The notes under the pieces are model-generated. The model was not told the origin of the DNA. It made no database searches and saw nothing but the letters and a program-made list of their open reading frames with translations. From Nitrososphaeria archaeon (lineage in GTDB: Archaea; Thermoproteota; Nitrososphaeria; JACIWG01): a DNA stretch of 64,000 bases. Location of the stretch: NCBI GenBank assembly GCA_963752255.1, contig CAVVXT010000019.1, positions 81,686 to 145,685 on the forward strand, given 5' to 3'. Positions 1 to 10,163 of the stretch are shown one piece after another (the stretch's first letter is position 1; every line of letters starts with the position of its first letter). Both the position numbers and the translations under genes were made by a program.

Positions 1-2
1 AG

Positions 3-293
3 GTGAAAAGGATAGCGCTTACCTATGAACAAATTAAACAACACGATCTACCCTCTTCTCCCCTGAAAAAGTTCGGCCAAAAGCGTAACGAATACTACGA
101 AGAATATGGTGATAACGTGTGGGAAGCTGATGCCCTAAGTCCTGAAGTCCTTATGAAAACTTTAGAGGAAGAAATTAGAATTTTAATCGACTGGGAGATC
201 TGGGACAAAAAAGAGGAAGAGGTCGAATACTTCAGGAAACTACTAAGAGAACGTTTGGGACGGCTTTTGGACGAACTGAGGGCTTTCGAATGA
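3..293 (+). CDS. C-terminal fragment of a hypothetical protein; the gene starts upstream of the window
   Basis: Open frame runs to the window edge and is rich in charged residues. No motif recognised. Confidence 0.35.
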   Translation: MKRIALTYEQIKQHDLPSSPLKKFGQKRNEYYEEYGDNVWEADALSPEVLMKTLEEEIRILIDWEIWDKKEEEVEYFRKLLRERLGRLLDELRAFE

Positions 294-404
294 TAAGGCT
301 TCTGGCAGATGTTCGTACATTTTTCTTAAGATTTCATAATGTTCTACATGATGTGTTGATTATTTTTTGCCATAATACCTAAAAGGCCATATGGTTGGGT
401 GGAT

Positions 405-430
405 CAGGCGGCCAATCTTTTTTTGTTCAA
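405..430 (+). terminator. Putative archaeal oligo-T terminator
   Basis: A GC-rich inverted repeat (ggcc...ggcggcc) is followed by a T7 run at 418-424, downstream of the + strand ORF ending at 293. Confidence 0.25.
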
Positions 431-533
431 CGACAAGTTTAGAGAACGCCGTATTTCATAATTATATCAGTTTGGAAAACCGTGCCCATTAATCACACAG
501 AATCTTAAATTATACACAATATGATCGCTTTGA

Positions 534-1382
534 TTAGGCAGAAGTTGTAACTTCCAAGTCCAGAACTACTTGAACAATTCTGGGTCCGACCTCTCTCACG
601 ACTTTTCCTCGAGTTGATGAAATCTTGAAGTTATGAGGTAAAACTAGCTCCGGTAAAACTTCATTAATCGTTTCATCCATCGGTGCTGATTTAGCGTGCA
701 GATATAAGTGAATGACCCCACCTTCCTCTCTCAACGCCTTGACAGCGTACGGAAAATATTCTATGGATCTCTCAGGATATGGCATTATAACGCGATTGGC
801 GGAACCTGCGAGCTTGTAACTTATTATTCGAGCTGCATCACCCAAGAAAGCTATTATGCGGTCGTCCACCTTATTTACGAAAACGTTTTTCAATATCATT
901 TCATACGCGTCAGGGTTAAGGTCAATTACATAATTTGTCGATGTCTTACGTTTTTTTGCGATCAAAATGGAAAACGTGCCGACACCCGCGAACATGTTGA
1001 CAACAACCTCATTCTCGCCAACGAGGTTTGCAATCCTCAACCGTTCCGCAGACAATCTTGGTGAAAAATAGGTTTTACCTATGTCTACATAGAATCTGCA
1101 ACCGCTCTCCTTACATTCTGTGAAAGTCCGATTTTCCCCGGCTAGATATTCTAAGCCCATCAGCCTATATTCTCCAGAAACAGGTGAAGCCTGTCTGAAA
1201 ACGCATTTTACAGCTTTAACGTTCTCCAGTAAGGTTTCCGCAATCAGGCTCTTCTTCGGCAAAAGTGTGTCTGGAATCTTTATAACCGCAATATCTCCAA
1301 TAATGTCAAATCCTGAAATGATGTCGTCGAGCTCTTCAGGCGAGAGTTTCTCTGAAAGTAATTCTTTTACAAGACGCCCCAA
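534..1382 (-). CDS. Trm5/Taw2-family tRNA modification enzyme (class I SAM-dependent methyltransferase fold)
   Basis: Motif I NMFAGVGTFS, followed by VIDLNP and DDR motifs typical of the Trm5/Tyw2 (Met-10+) family. Size of 282 aa fits. Confidence 0.7.
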   Translation of the reverse strand: MGRLVKELLSEKLSPEELDDIISGFDIIGDIAVIKIPDTLLPKKSLIAETLLENVKAVKCVFRQASPVSGEYRLMGLEYLAGENRTFTECKESGCRFYVDIGKTYFSPRLSAERLRIANLVGENEVVVNMFAGVGTFSILIAKKRKTSTNYVIDLNPDAYEMILKNVFVNKVDDRIIAFLGDAARIISYKLAGSANRVIMPYPERSIEYFPYAVKALREEGGVIHLYLHAKSAPMDETINEVLPELVLPHNFKISSTRGKVVREVGPRIVQVVLDLEVTTSA

Positions 1383-1445
1383 TTATTATAGCACTTTGCC
1401 CCATGGGAGTGCACATATGATACCAATTTATTAAAAGTTTTTCAT

Positions 1446-3263
1446 TTAAGAAGGCGATTCTTCTTCCGTCGACCTAGCAATATAATAATACCTGCCTTCT
1501 TCTTTCTGTATTCTATCAAGCTTGCTCTTAGGTTTGTTTATTCTTGGTCTCCCGGTTGTCCAATCCCTCCTGTAAGTTATCCCCAACTCTTTCAGAAATT
1601 CATTCATGCCGTCGTCCTTCATCCGGGGAGCTTCGACGTAACCGAGAACAGACGGGGTCCCCTTGAATATCATAAGTCTATCAGAGACTATGTCAATTAG
1701 CTGTATATCGTGGTCTACAACGATAGCCGACTTGTTCCCAGAGCGAATATATCTTTGGATGATCTTAGCTAGTTCAACCCTATCCTCGGCGTCTATGAAG
1801 GCCGAGGGCTCATCAAGTGCATATATTTCTGCATCCTGTAACAGCGTCGCGGCAACCGCTGTCTTTTGAAGCTCCCCACCACTCAATTTTGAGACCTCTT
1901 TCTCAAACAACTTGTCCACATGAAGTGGGACGATAACTTCATTGAACTCTGAGACTGATGTCACATCCTTACCTGCGACACTATCCAACATTTCTTTCAC
2001 ATACTGGAATTCTCCTGATGCCAGAAGGTACTGAGGCTTATACGATATTTTTGAAGTGATCGATACTTCCCCCGAATCAGGTTTTTCAACACCCGCTATC
2101 ATCTTGATAAATGTTGTTTTACCCAGAGCGTTCGCACCGACTACACCGATTACTTCTCCTAACCTAAGTTTACCGCCTAGGACCTTTAAACTGAATTTAT
2201 CATAGTGCTTTTCAAGATTAGTGTATTCTGCCATAGCGACAGATTCTATCTTCTCAGGCTTGGGGGTGTAGATGTCAAAAACGATCCTTTTATCCCTGAA
2301 ACGAATATTTTCTTCAGGAATGTAGCCGTCAAGGAAAGCGTTTATGCCCGCCTTTGTAGAAATCACATCGGAGACTACACCATAGACCCCAGGCTCTCCG
2401 TAAAGCAGGTGGATGTGATCGCTGAGGTAGTCAAGAATCGTGAGGTCGTGTTCCACTACGAAAACACATTTTCCGTTTTTTGCAAGATTCATTATTACAT
2501 TGGAAACTGCAAGCCTTTGATAAACATCATTATAGGACGATGGTTCATCAAAGAAGTATATGTCCGCATCCTTTGCCGCTGAAACAGCGATCGAAAGCCT
2601 CTGGAGTTCTCCGCCGCTAAGTTGTGAGATGCTCTTAGTTATAGATTCACGCAGGTTAAGTTGCGATATCAAATCGTCTGATGCACCTCGATGGTCCATC
2701 ACTTTTAACAGGGACAACCCGTCTCCCGACCAAACTTTAACAAGATTGTAGACCGCTTGAGGTTTCACACTAACCTTTAGTTGGTTGTTAACTATCTTTT
2801 CAAAATGATCTTTCAAAGCTGTTCCCTTAAAATAGGTTAGAACATCTTCCCATTTAGGTTCGGGTACTCTGCCAAGGTTAGGTTTGAGCAGTCCTGACAT
2901 AATGTTGATTACGGTTGACTTACCGACGCCATTTCTTCCTAGAAGACCTACTACAGAATTGGGCTTAGGTGAAGGTAGACGGTAAAGTCTAAAGCTATTC
3001 GGACCATATTGGTGCATCTTTTCACCTGCCAGTTCTTCGGCAAGGTTAACTATCGAAATAGCTTCGAATGGACAGCGCTTTGGGCAGATACCGCATCCTG
3101 TACAAAGAATTTCGCTGATAAGCGGATAATCGTCTTCGCCTTTTTTGACAGTTTCCTTCTTCATCTTGTTAATGGGGCATACGTTTACGCAGATGTAGGG
3201 GCACTTTTTAGGATTGCAGAGTTCTCGATCTATCACCGCTATTCTGTGAACCACAACTTTCAC
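1446..3263 (-). CDS. abcE1: ABCE1 / RNase L inhibitor, a ribosome-recycling ATPase
   Basis: N-terminal Fe-S domain (CNPKKCPYICVNVCP ... CTGCGICPKRCP) plus two ABC cassettes with GRNGVGKST and GANALGKTT Walker A motifs and LSGGELQ signatures. 605 aa. Confidence 0.9.
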   Translation of the reverse strand: MKVVVHRIAVIDRELCNPKKCPYICVNVCPINKMKKETVKKGEDDYPLISEILCTGCGICPKRCPFEAISIVNLAEELAGEKMHQYGPNSFRLYRLPSPKPNSVVGLLGRNGVGKSTVINIMSGLLKPNLGRVPEPKWEDVLTYFKGTALKDHFEKIVNNQLKVSVKPQAVYNLVKVWSGDGLSLLKVMDHRGASDDLISQLNLRESITKSISQLSGGELQRLSIAVSAAKDADIYFFDEPSSYNDVYQRLAVSNVIMNLAKNGKCVFVVEHDLTILDYLSDHIHLLYGEPGVYGVVSDVISTKAGINAFLDGYIPEENIRFRDKRIVFDIYTPKPEKIESVAMAEYTNLEKHYDKFSLKVLGGKLRLGEVIGVVGANALGKTTFIKMIAGVEKPDSGEVSITSKISYKPQYLLASGEFQYVKEMLDSVAGKDVTSVSEFNEVIVPLHVDKLFEKEVSKLSGGELQKTAVAATLLQDAEIYALDEPSAFIDAEDRVELAKIIQRYIRSGNKSAIVVDHDIQLIDIVSDRLMIFKGTPSVLGYVEAPRMKDDGMNEFLKELGITYRRDWTTGRPRINKPKSKLDRIQKEEGRYYYIARSTEEESPS

Positions 3264-3266
3264 CCA

Positions 3267-3785
3267 TCATTCTTCCATTAAACGGCCTGGTATGGGGCAG
3301 TATTCACACACTCCGCCTTCACGATAAATATTCATTTCTTCTGCACTATAAACCTTCTTTAAAGTGTTCCAGACTTCCTTTTCTGACGCATTCGAATTCA
3401 GATGGACGAGCTCGTGGTCTATGATGAGCTTATCGAAATCACATCTGAAGCATTTCTTCTTTATGAAGATCATCCCGAAAAAATAGCTGTTGATAAGGAG
3501 GACGAATCCTATCGAGCCTATAGAGAAGGTGAATAAAATATAGGAGAGTATTAGCAAAAGTTTTAGTGGTAATTCATCAATGTTTAACAAGAGGGCTGTA
3601 AATGCTACACCTAAACCTATCCAGAGGGCAATAAATATGACACCGAGCAGACCCATGAAATTGTTTCTGTTAAAAGAAAACGCTAGGTTGCGTTTGGCGA
3701 GAGAAAGTATTAAGAGTTGAGGGAGTATTATTAGTAGTAAAGGGTTCAATATAAAAATTCTATAAGATTTCTCTTTTACATTCAA
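3267..3785 (-). CDS. Small polytopic membrane protein with a C-terminal HExxH and Cys4 zinc-ribbon-like tail
   Basis: About four hydrophobic helices, then CFRC ... HELVH ... CEYCP. No family assigned. Confidence 0.45.
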   Translation of the reverse strand: MNVKEKSYRIFILNPLLLIILPQLLILSLAKRNLAFSFNRNNFMGLLGVIFIALWIGLGVAFTALLLNIDELPLKLLLILSYILFTFSIGSIGFVLLINSYFFGMIFIKKKCFRCDFDKLIIDHELVHLNSNASEKEVWNTLKKVYSAEEMNIYREGGVCEYCPIPGRLMEE

Positions 3786-3797
3786 CGCTATACACTC

Positions 3798-4631
3798 TCA
3801 TGGGAAGGCTGGTCCAACAATGACACCCAACTCTCTACCCGCTTTAACAATCTTGGAATAAACTTTATCCATATGTCCTTCCCTTATTAATCGGATAACA
3901 GTAGACAGCCTGTCGTCTCCAATTTTACTTGAAAGCCTTTTAGATAAGATTGGCCTAAGATTTAGTCTATCGTATAAAAGATGGCTCTTGGTTCTCTTAG
4001 CCAAATTCATCACCGCCATTATTGTTTCTTCATCATCATTGTAGCCTGGTATAATTGGGCCGTAGAAGATCCACGTTTTAACACCGTTTGAAGCGAACCT
4101 TTCTAAAGCCTGAGCTCTCGTTTCAGGTTTAGAGGCGTAAGGTTCAAAGGTTCCTGCGAACTCGTTGTTAAACGATGTAATTGTAAAACCTACTTCAACG
4201 TTTTCTCCTCTAATTAGGTCTTCATCTCTCAATATCAAAGAGGATTTCGTCTGGAAAGAAATTCTAAAGTTATGTTTAAGAAGGGTTTCTATAAGAGTTC
4301 TCGCAAGGCACTTCTCTGATTCGATTGGCTGATAAGGGTCTGTTACTGTACTGAATCCGACCACACCAGGTTTAATTGTGTGGATCTGTCTCATCAAGGT
4401 CTCAGATATATTCCCTTTAGAATATATGATGTGCCCCCAAGAATCGACAAACTGCTTCTTCCTTAGAACGTCTGGTACGTAGCAGTAAAGGCAGCCGTGC
4501 TCACATCCCAAATATGGATTAATAGTGTAATCTAGTCCTGGAAGACTACTCTTTGAGAGAGCACTGTAGCATTTTACCTCACCGAGATACTTTGCATGTT
4601 TTTGGAGCAACAGACGTTCACTCTTATCCAA
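3798..4631 (-). CDS. Radical SAM protein, spore-photoproduct-lyase/'DNA repair photolyase'-like (COG1533-type)
   Basis: NPYLGCEHGCLYCY contains the CxxxCxxC radical SAM cluster motif in the context typical of the SplB-like family. 277 aa. Confidence 0.6.
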   Translation of the reverse strand: MDKSERLLLQKHAKYLGEVKCYSALSKSSLPGLDYTINPYLGCEHGCLYCYVPDVLRKKQFVDSWGHIIYSKGNISETLMRQIHTIKPGVVGFSTVTDPYQPIESEKCLARTLIETLLKHNFRISFQTKSSLILRDEDLIRGENVEVGFTITSFNNEFAGTFEPYASKPETRAQALERFASNGVKTWIFYGPIIPGYNDDEETIMAVMNLAKRTKSHLLYDRLNLRPILSKRLSSKIGDDRLSTVIRLIREGHMDKVYSKIVKAGRELGVIVGPAFP

Positions 4632-4773
4632 GAAATTTAGGTTGTTTTTAACAATTGCGATAGCGACAAGCCTTTTAATTCTTTAAAGTAAATACTTGGA
4701 TTGATAAAATTGATTTAAGGAATCTAAAGATGTTTTAACAGTAACGTCTCATAGAAAAAACAATATATCATCA

Positions 4774-6084
4774 TTATGTCGTTTGTTTCCAGTAGTCAGT
4801 TATCTTCCTCTGAAAGTGACAGTTTCTTAGTATTTCACTCTTTGTAACCCATCTGTTCAGAGGTATCGTAAGAGCTTTGGATAGACCCTTCAAAGCAGAA
4901 TCCAAATCTTCATAAATATCAGGTTTATTTTTGAACATGCTTCTGACGCACTCTCTAACAAACCATACTCCTAAAGGCAGAGGAAATTCAGGATGAATTT
5001 CCCTTAAAATGAGGACGGTAGCCTGTCTTTTCATTCTTTCTAGAACTTCAGCCGCACCAAGCTTTGACGAGAAATAGCAGCCTCCTATACTTGGATACGT
5101 AGTCCTCCCCCAGTAACTTTCGTAATCTCCGCCTACATCTGCTTCAGGTAAGGTTTGATTCCAAAAGGTTCCAGGGAACCATGCCTCCATCCATTCGTAA
5201 CTCCATTTCTCAGGAAAGAGCAGTGCCGCATATATGTTATGCATGTATATGTATTTGTATAGGAGGTACTTGTCTACTGTTTCATATCTCTTAACCTTGT
5301 CTATATTTGTTGATGCTATCATGCTGTCAACAGCCGTTATGCTCCATCTTGTCGGAACAAGTTTTCTATTGTTTTTTAATCCAAACATTCCAACGCTGAA
5401 GGCTTTTTGGATCTTGCTTACTTCAATCCCTGAATTATATAATTCAATTACAGCGTCATGAGATAAAAGGTCCGTGTCGTAATATAACTTCTCAATCCTT
5501 CTATCGGCTGAAACATTCTGCAGCTTGAAGTTTTTGAAAGGAGCACTCGGCCCAAAAGGCTGCGAATGATCATCTATGTAGATTGTGCCAGAGGGCTTCT
5601 TAGTGAATTCAATTTCAGATTCCACCGGCTTAGAGCTCATCGCTAGCTCATGCAGATTTCCTATCAGACGGTTTCCTAATCTAACGTCGGTAACTTTCAT
5701 CTGAGTTTTTCCTCTTAAAAGAGAATACCTGTAATCAATGATCTGCTCTAAAGGTGTTCCCATCCATTCTTCAGGAAGATCCATTATAAGGGTATCTCCT
5801 GTGATTGGAGGAACCATAGGCCCGATTGCAACCTTAGGGTAGCCGTATCTTCCTACAAAGACAGAAGGTGGAGATGAGCCAGCTACGTAGTTAGAGTTTA
5901 TTGGTTTGGACACTTTCACCATCGCCATCGCTTTTAGGGTTATAGGGCATACAGCTTTTCCGCAGAGATTTCTTCCTCCTCTGCAGTAAATGCAAATTGA
6001 GGAGAATTTTCCTCTGACAGAGACTCCGCTACTGTCTAGATCTCTTTTCACATGTTCTGGAACTATCTGGTCAAGCCGGCTCAT
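4774..6084 (-). CDS. nreA: NreA-like (DUF650/DUF651) archaeal DNA-repair-associated protein with a C-terminal PIP box
   Basis: About 436 aa with an N-terminal Cys cluster (CIYCRGGRNLCGKAVCP). The extreme C-terminus QRKITDYW matches the PCNA-interacting motif Qxx[ILM]xx[FY][FYW]. Confidence 0.5.
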   Translation of the reverse strand: MSRLDQIVPEHVKRDLDSSGVSVRGKFSSICIYCRGGRNLCGKAVCPITLKAMAMVKVSKPINSNYVAGSSPPSVFVGRYGYPKVAIGPMVPPITGDTLIMDLPEEWMGTPLEQIIDYRYSLLRGKTQMKVTDVRLGNRLIGNLHELAMSSKPVESEIEFTKKPSGTIYIDDHSQPFGPSAPFKNFKLQNVSADRRIEKLYYDTDLLSHDAVIELYNSGIEVSKIQKAFSVGMFGLKNNRKLVPTRWSITAVDSMIASTNIDKVKRYETVDKYLLYKYIYMHNIYAALLFPEKWSYEWMEAWFPGTFWNQTLPEADVGGDYESYWGRTTYPSIGGCYFSSKLGAAEVLERMKRQATVLILREIHPEFPLPLGVWFVRECVRSMFKNKPDIYEDLDSALKGLSKALTIPLNRWVTKSEILRNCHFQRKITDYWKQTT

Positions 6085-6200
6085 TGGTCACAACCAATGG
6101 TCAAACGGTCAATTTTAAACTTTAGTCTTACAAGACTATTCTATGGTATTCTGCCTAAAGTTTAACTATATTTGGAGTCATCGCTAGACGTGAGCTAGGA

Positions 6201-6899
6201 ATGACGCTTAAGATGCCTTGGAGGGGTTGGAAGCATGTAACAAAGCTTGACCCCGATAAAGACAACAAGGAGGAAATAGTTAACACAGTTCTAGAAAATC
6301 GTACAGATGCTATACTAGTTGGCGGGACACAGGGTGTAACTTTAGAGAAAGTCAGAAGGTTGAAGAAAACACTCGGAGATTGTGATGTCCCAGTACTGCT
6401 AGAGCCGTCGAAAGCTGAAGCAGTTGATCTTTCTTACGATTACTTCTTTGTACCACTTGTTTTAAACTCTCAGGAGAGGTGGTGGCTTGGTGGAGCTCAC
6501 ATAGAATGGATAAACTCTCTTAATAAGAAATTTGGAAGCTACGATAGCATTCCATGGGATAAAATTGTAATAGAAGCTTACATCGTTCTAAATCCTGAAT
6601 CTGTAGTTGCTAGGGTTACAAAAAGCATCACTAATTTAACGATAGATCAGATCGTCTCTCATGCCGTATACGCTGACAGAATATTGAACGCCCCCATAAT
6701 ATATATAGAATACAGCGGAAAATTTGGAGACCCGAACATTGTGAAGACGGTTAAGGACAACCTGAGAAGTTCCCATCTTTTCTACGGCGGCGGAATCGAC
6801 TCAAAAGATAGAGCAGCGATTATGGGAAAATATGCCACAGTAGTAGTTGGAAATATAATATACGATGATGTGCAAAAATATAAGCAGACAATAATTTAG
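6201..6899 (+). CDS. Geranylgeranylglyceryl phosphate synthase (GGGPS, PcrB family)
   Basis: N-terminal WKHVTKLDPDK motif and C-terminal FYGGGI motif are hallmarks of GGGPS/PcrB. 232 aa. Confidence 0.85.
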   Translation: MTLKMPWRGWKHVTKLDPDKDNKEEIVNTVLENRTDAILVGGTQGVTLEKVRRLKKTLGDCDVPVLLEPSKAEAVDLSYDYFFVPLVLNSQERWWLGGAHIEWINSLNKKFGSYDSIPWDKIVIEAYIVLNPESVVARVTKSITNLTIDQIVSHAVYADRILNAPIIYIEYSGKFGDPNIVKTVKDNLRSSHLFYGGGIDSKDRAAIMGKYATVVVGNIIYDDVQKYKQTII

Positions 6900-6917
6900 T
6901 AATAATGAAGTATCAGT

Positions 6918-7796
6918 CTATTTCTGGCGTATGGCCTTCGCAGCTCCTATTGCTGTAGCATAGAGGGCGTTAACTGGAATGGTAGCTTTCCCTCCAAGAA
7001 TTCTAAGGGTTTCATTTAGCTCTCGTGAGAAAAGTTCCTGCGCTGGAAGCCTGCCAACATAGACGATTTCGTTTTCTAGATTCTTCTGTTTTGCCGCAAA
7101 ATAGGTTATCGTCGCAATGGTCTGCGCTATCATCACTATGAGGCCTAAAGCTATATCTTCTGACCTAGTATCATCGCCAACTTTGCCGAAATTAGATGCT
7201 GTAGCGTTTGCAGGTATTATCCCTATTGGACCTCCTCTAATATCTTGAACCAGAAGGTTTGTTCGCGATATTTCTCCCATCTTCGCCTTTTGAAAGATAG
7301 TTGAAGCTTTATCTTTATTGAGTAAGAGTTTTCCGAGACCGACCATTGTTCCCCCTCCCACACCTGTTCCCCCCAAGTGCTCTACATGATATTTTGTGCC
7401 ATCTTCCCTAGCATAGACTATAGCTGTCCCCGTCCCTATACTTGCCACTATAGATTCTTTTTTACCTGACAGGTATAGGCCTCCTATCCCTACCGCGTCA
7501 ATTTCGCTTATTATGCTGTATTTTAGTTCCGTCATGTCGAACTTGAATCCTCTTCCTATCGAACCTGTAAGCGCAACTTCAGATATGTCTCTCATCTTTA
7601 TCTGCGCTTCAGACAATAGCTTTCCCAAGCAGCCTAAGGCAGAAGCTAATGAATCTGAAGCTTGAACTTCCGATAATGCCCAAATCTTGCTTTCGTTGAG
7701 TAGTACACCCTTTGTTATACTTCCTCCAATATCTAACCCGGCCACTATCATCCGATTCGCTGTAGATATTCTTCCCTTTATTTCTTTTACTAACAA
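6918..7796 (-). CDS. ASKHA-fold kinase resembling type II pantothenate kinase
   Basis: AGLDIGGSITKG, IGTGTAIVY, HLGGTGVGGGTMVGLGKLL and ATASNFGKV align with the Staphylococcus type II PanK motifs (GIDAGGT, VGTGTS, GGIGTGGGMIQGLG, AANFG). Confidence 0.6.
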   Translation of the reverse strand: MLVKEIKGRISTANRMIVAGLDIGGSITKGVLLNESKIWALSEVQASDSLASALGCLGKLLSEAQIKMRDISEVALTGSIGRGFKFDMTELKYSIISEIDAVGIGGLYLSGKKESIVASIGTGTAIVYAREDGTKYHVEHLGGTGVGGGTMVGLGKLLLNKDKASTIFQKAKMGEISRTNLLVQDIRGGPIGIIPANATASNFGKVGDDTRSEDIALGLIVMIAQTIATITYFAAKQKNLENEIVYVGRLPAQELFSRELNETLRILGGKATIPVNALYATAIGAAKAIRQK

Positions 7797-7896
7797 AGAA
7801 AAAGTAAGCCGGAGAGTTTAACTCAAACGCAGTGGGTTCAAGAAAAGAAACGGAAAAGGATAAGAACTGCATGATTCACCTGAAAGGTGCAGAATT

Positions 7897-8706
7897 ATGA
7901 ATCAAGTCATCAACAAGCCGAATAGGGTCGTACTTGTGTCAAGGATCGCCATCTGCGCTGCCCTCTATGCTGTGATAAATGGTATTACAGCCGCAATTCC
8001 TACGCCATTTTCGATAGGACAATTCAGACCTGGTGTGATAATACCGGCTTTATTTTCAATCATATTCGGAACTCTAGTGGGGTCGGTTGGCGCAGCTTTA
8101 GGGTCTTTTATAGGTGACATAATTTTTTTGACACCTTTAGGACGTACCAACCCCTTGTTGGCGTTGGTGGCTGGAGTTCCAGGTAATTTTGTTGGGTTTC
8201 TTGTTTTTGGCATTATAATTAATAGATATAAATCGTGGAGCTGGTTTATGATCGATAGCCTTATAGCTCTATTTATAGGCAATTTTATTGCCGGTGCCGG
8301 AGTGGTTCTAATAGTTTTCCAAATAAGTAGCACCCCACTGCCCTTTGGATTAGCATTAGGTGCGACGCTAGGGTACGCCTTTTGGTGGTTATTCACAATG
8401 CTACCTTTTATGCTACTAGTTTTACCACTAATTTTGCGTATATTCCTTAGATATGAAAACGGAAAGGTTTTAGCGCGTGAATTTCTAACGTGGAAAGAGG
8501 AGTCAATAAAGCACGTTGCTTTGGTGTCTGTTCTTGTTTCTTTACCATTATTTCTTATTTTCATGTTCAGTTACACACCTTACCTTTCTGGTGCATTTGC
8601 TGCTCTTGGAAGCCTATCTGATTTGATCCGTTATCTGATATTAGGGTCAGCCGTTGTACTGCTGTTAACCCCTTTTGCTCCAAAGATAGCGGGTGTTAGA
8701 TCGTAG
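7897..8706 (+). CDS. Polytopic membrane protein, possibly an ECF-type S-component or vitamin transporter
   Basis: Six or seven hydrophobic helices, Gly-rich. Lies divergent from the PanK-like gene. No specific family recognised. Confidence 0.4.
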   Translation: MNQVINKPNRVVLVSRIAICAALYAVINGITAAIPTPFSIGQFRPGVIIPALFSIIFGTLVGSVGAALGSFIGDIIFLTPLGRTNPLLALVAGVPGNFVGFLVFGIIINRYKSWSWFMIDSLIALFIGNFIAGAGVVLIVFQISSTPLPFGLALGATLGYAFWWLFTMLPFMLLVLPLILRIFLRYENGKVLAREFLTWKEESIKHVALVSVLVSLPLFLIFMFSYTPYLSGAFAALGSLSDLIRYLILGSAVVLLLTPFAPKIAGVRS

Positions 8707-8828
8707 TCGAACAGGCCATGTAATAAATATTCAGTAAATCAACACAACTCAGGCGTGGACATTTCACACGCGCGACATCACAAGTTCTTTTATCGTTCTT
8801 TCCTGATATTCGTAAACAGGCGTAAAGT

Positions 8829-10058
8829 TTAAACCTTATATGAAATCCCTGGCTGAAGATTTTTTATGACGTTGAGCTTATCGATGACCTTCTCCCTGAT
8901 TGTTTTGCTGTCCTCAAACTTTTTTACAATCTTGCCGTCAATAATTAGATCGTTGAGCAAAGGGATCATCTTCTTTGAAGGGGGTCTCTCTTCCCTGAGT
9001 GTAACAAAATCTGCATATGTATCCGGATCACGGTACACAGCCTTTGCACCGCCAATATCTCCCCTTTTAGCCATTGGCACCATCACTCCATCTCTCTCAA
9101 CAGCTACAATTTTGGCGCAGAAATCAACAGGTTGTGCGCCGCTTACGGATGCTCCTATACCAAAACCATCCACAAGATCCGAAAGCTCTTGAATTGTTTT
9201 TTCATCTATCCCTCCGCTTATGAAAATCTTGACGTTTTTCATTCCTCTGGCATGAAGTTCCCATTTAACCTCCTCTATGATCTTCCGCCATTCTCCCCTC
9301 CTTGATTTCGGTGTATCGAGTCTTACGCCATCAAGTTTTGAGCCGAGTGTTTCTGCCGCCATTATCGCTTCTATTTTCTCGTCACAGAAGGTGTCTATCA
9401 GAGCTATTCTCGGAACATCCTTGGGCATCGTTTTATCGAGTGCTAGCCAAGCTTTCCTTTGGTCTTCGAATACTTGAACCATCGCATGTGGCATTGTGCC
9501 AACAGGTGTCAGACCCAGTAGCTTTCCTGCTAAAACGTTAGATACTCCATTGAATCCTGCGATGTATGCTGCTCTCTCCGATGCGGGAGCTATAGCGGGG
9601 TGAATTCTTCTTGAACCGAAACTGAACATTACCCTGTCTAAAGCGAGAATTCTGAAGTGTGCTGCTTTAGATGCGACCCCTGTATTGCTGGATAGAAGGC
9701 CTAGAAGCGGGTTCTCGTATAAGCAGAAGTCATCGTAATAACATTCTATCTGCATAACCGGTTCGTACACTATAGACTTGGAGTTGACCTCGAATATTTC
9801 ACCTTCGTCCATACTTTTGACGTTTATTGGCAAACCTTCCAGAAGCTTTGCTGCGTCGTGTACGCCGAGCAGTATGCCCCAGTTTCCTTCGAATGGCAGG
9901 TTTCTAGCGTAGACCTCAATTACAACCTTCTTATGTAAACCGAATTCTTCAAGAGCCCTTTTTGTGTAAATTAAATATACGTCAGTAGTCTCCGCATTTT
10001 TAATCTCATGCTCTGTGGCAATCCAAAAAAGTCTATCCAAAACTGGATCATTCCCCAA
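8829..10058 (-). CDS. Nicotinate phosphoribosyltransferase (NAPRTase family)
   Basis: 409 aa. GTMPHAMVQ and DTPKSRRG motifs and the overall NAPRT-family layout. Confidence 0.65.
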   Translation of the reverse strand: MGNDPVLDRLFWIATEHEIKNAETTDVYLIYTKRALEEFGLHKKVVIEVYARNLPFEGNWGILLGVHDAAKLLEGLPINVKSMDEGEIFEVNSKSIVYEPVMQIECYYDDFCLYENPLLGLLSSNTGVASKAAHFRILALDRVMFSFGSRRIHPAIAPASERAAYIAGFNGVSNVLAGKLLGLTPVGTMPHAMVQVFEDQRKAWLALDKTMPKDVPRIALIDTFCDEKIEAIMAAETLGSKLDGVRLDTPKSRRGEWRKIIEEVKWELHARGMKNVKIFISGGIDEKTIQELSDLVDGFGIGASVSGAQPVDFCAKIVAVERDGVMVPMAKRGDIGGAKAVYRDPDTYADFVTLREERPPSKKMIPLLNDLIIDGKIVKKFEDSKTIREKVIDKLNVIKNLQPGISYKV

Positions 10059-10163
10059 TTATGTCTCCTGTGATTGTAGATAACACAACATAGATAAAAG
10101 TTTAACGTCTGCATCATATGATAGATACCTGTCTCAAGATTTAGACAAGCTGCAGTTTCGAAC

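Noticed and set aside
708-1064. Antisense and overlapping ORFs from the six-frame track, for example 708-1064, 1663-1869, 7965-8564, 8866-9192, 12757-13104, 25890-26663, 33489-33923, 36553-37005 and 63725-63967
   Set aside because: Each lies inside, and antisense to, a longer ORF that has strong family motifs. Their compositions are low-complexity or biased, and no motifs were recognised.
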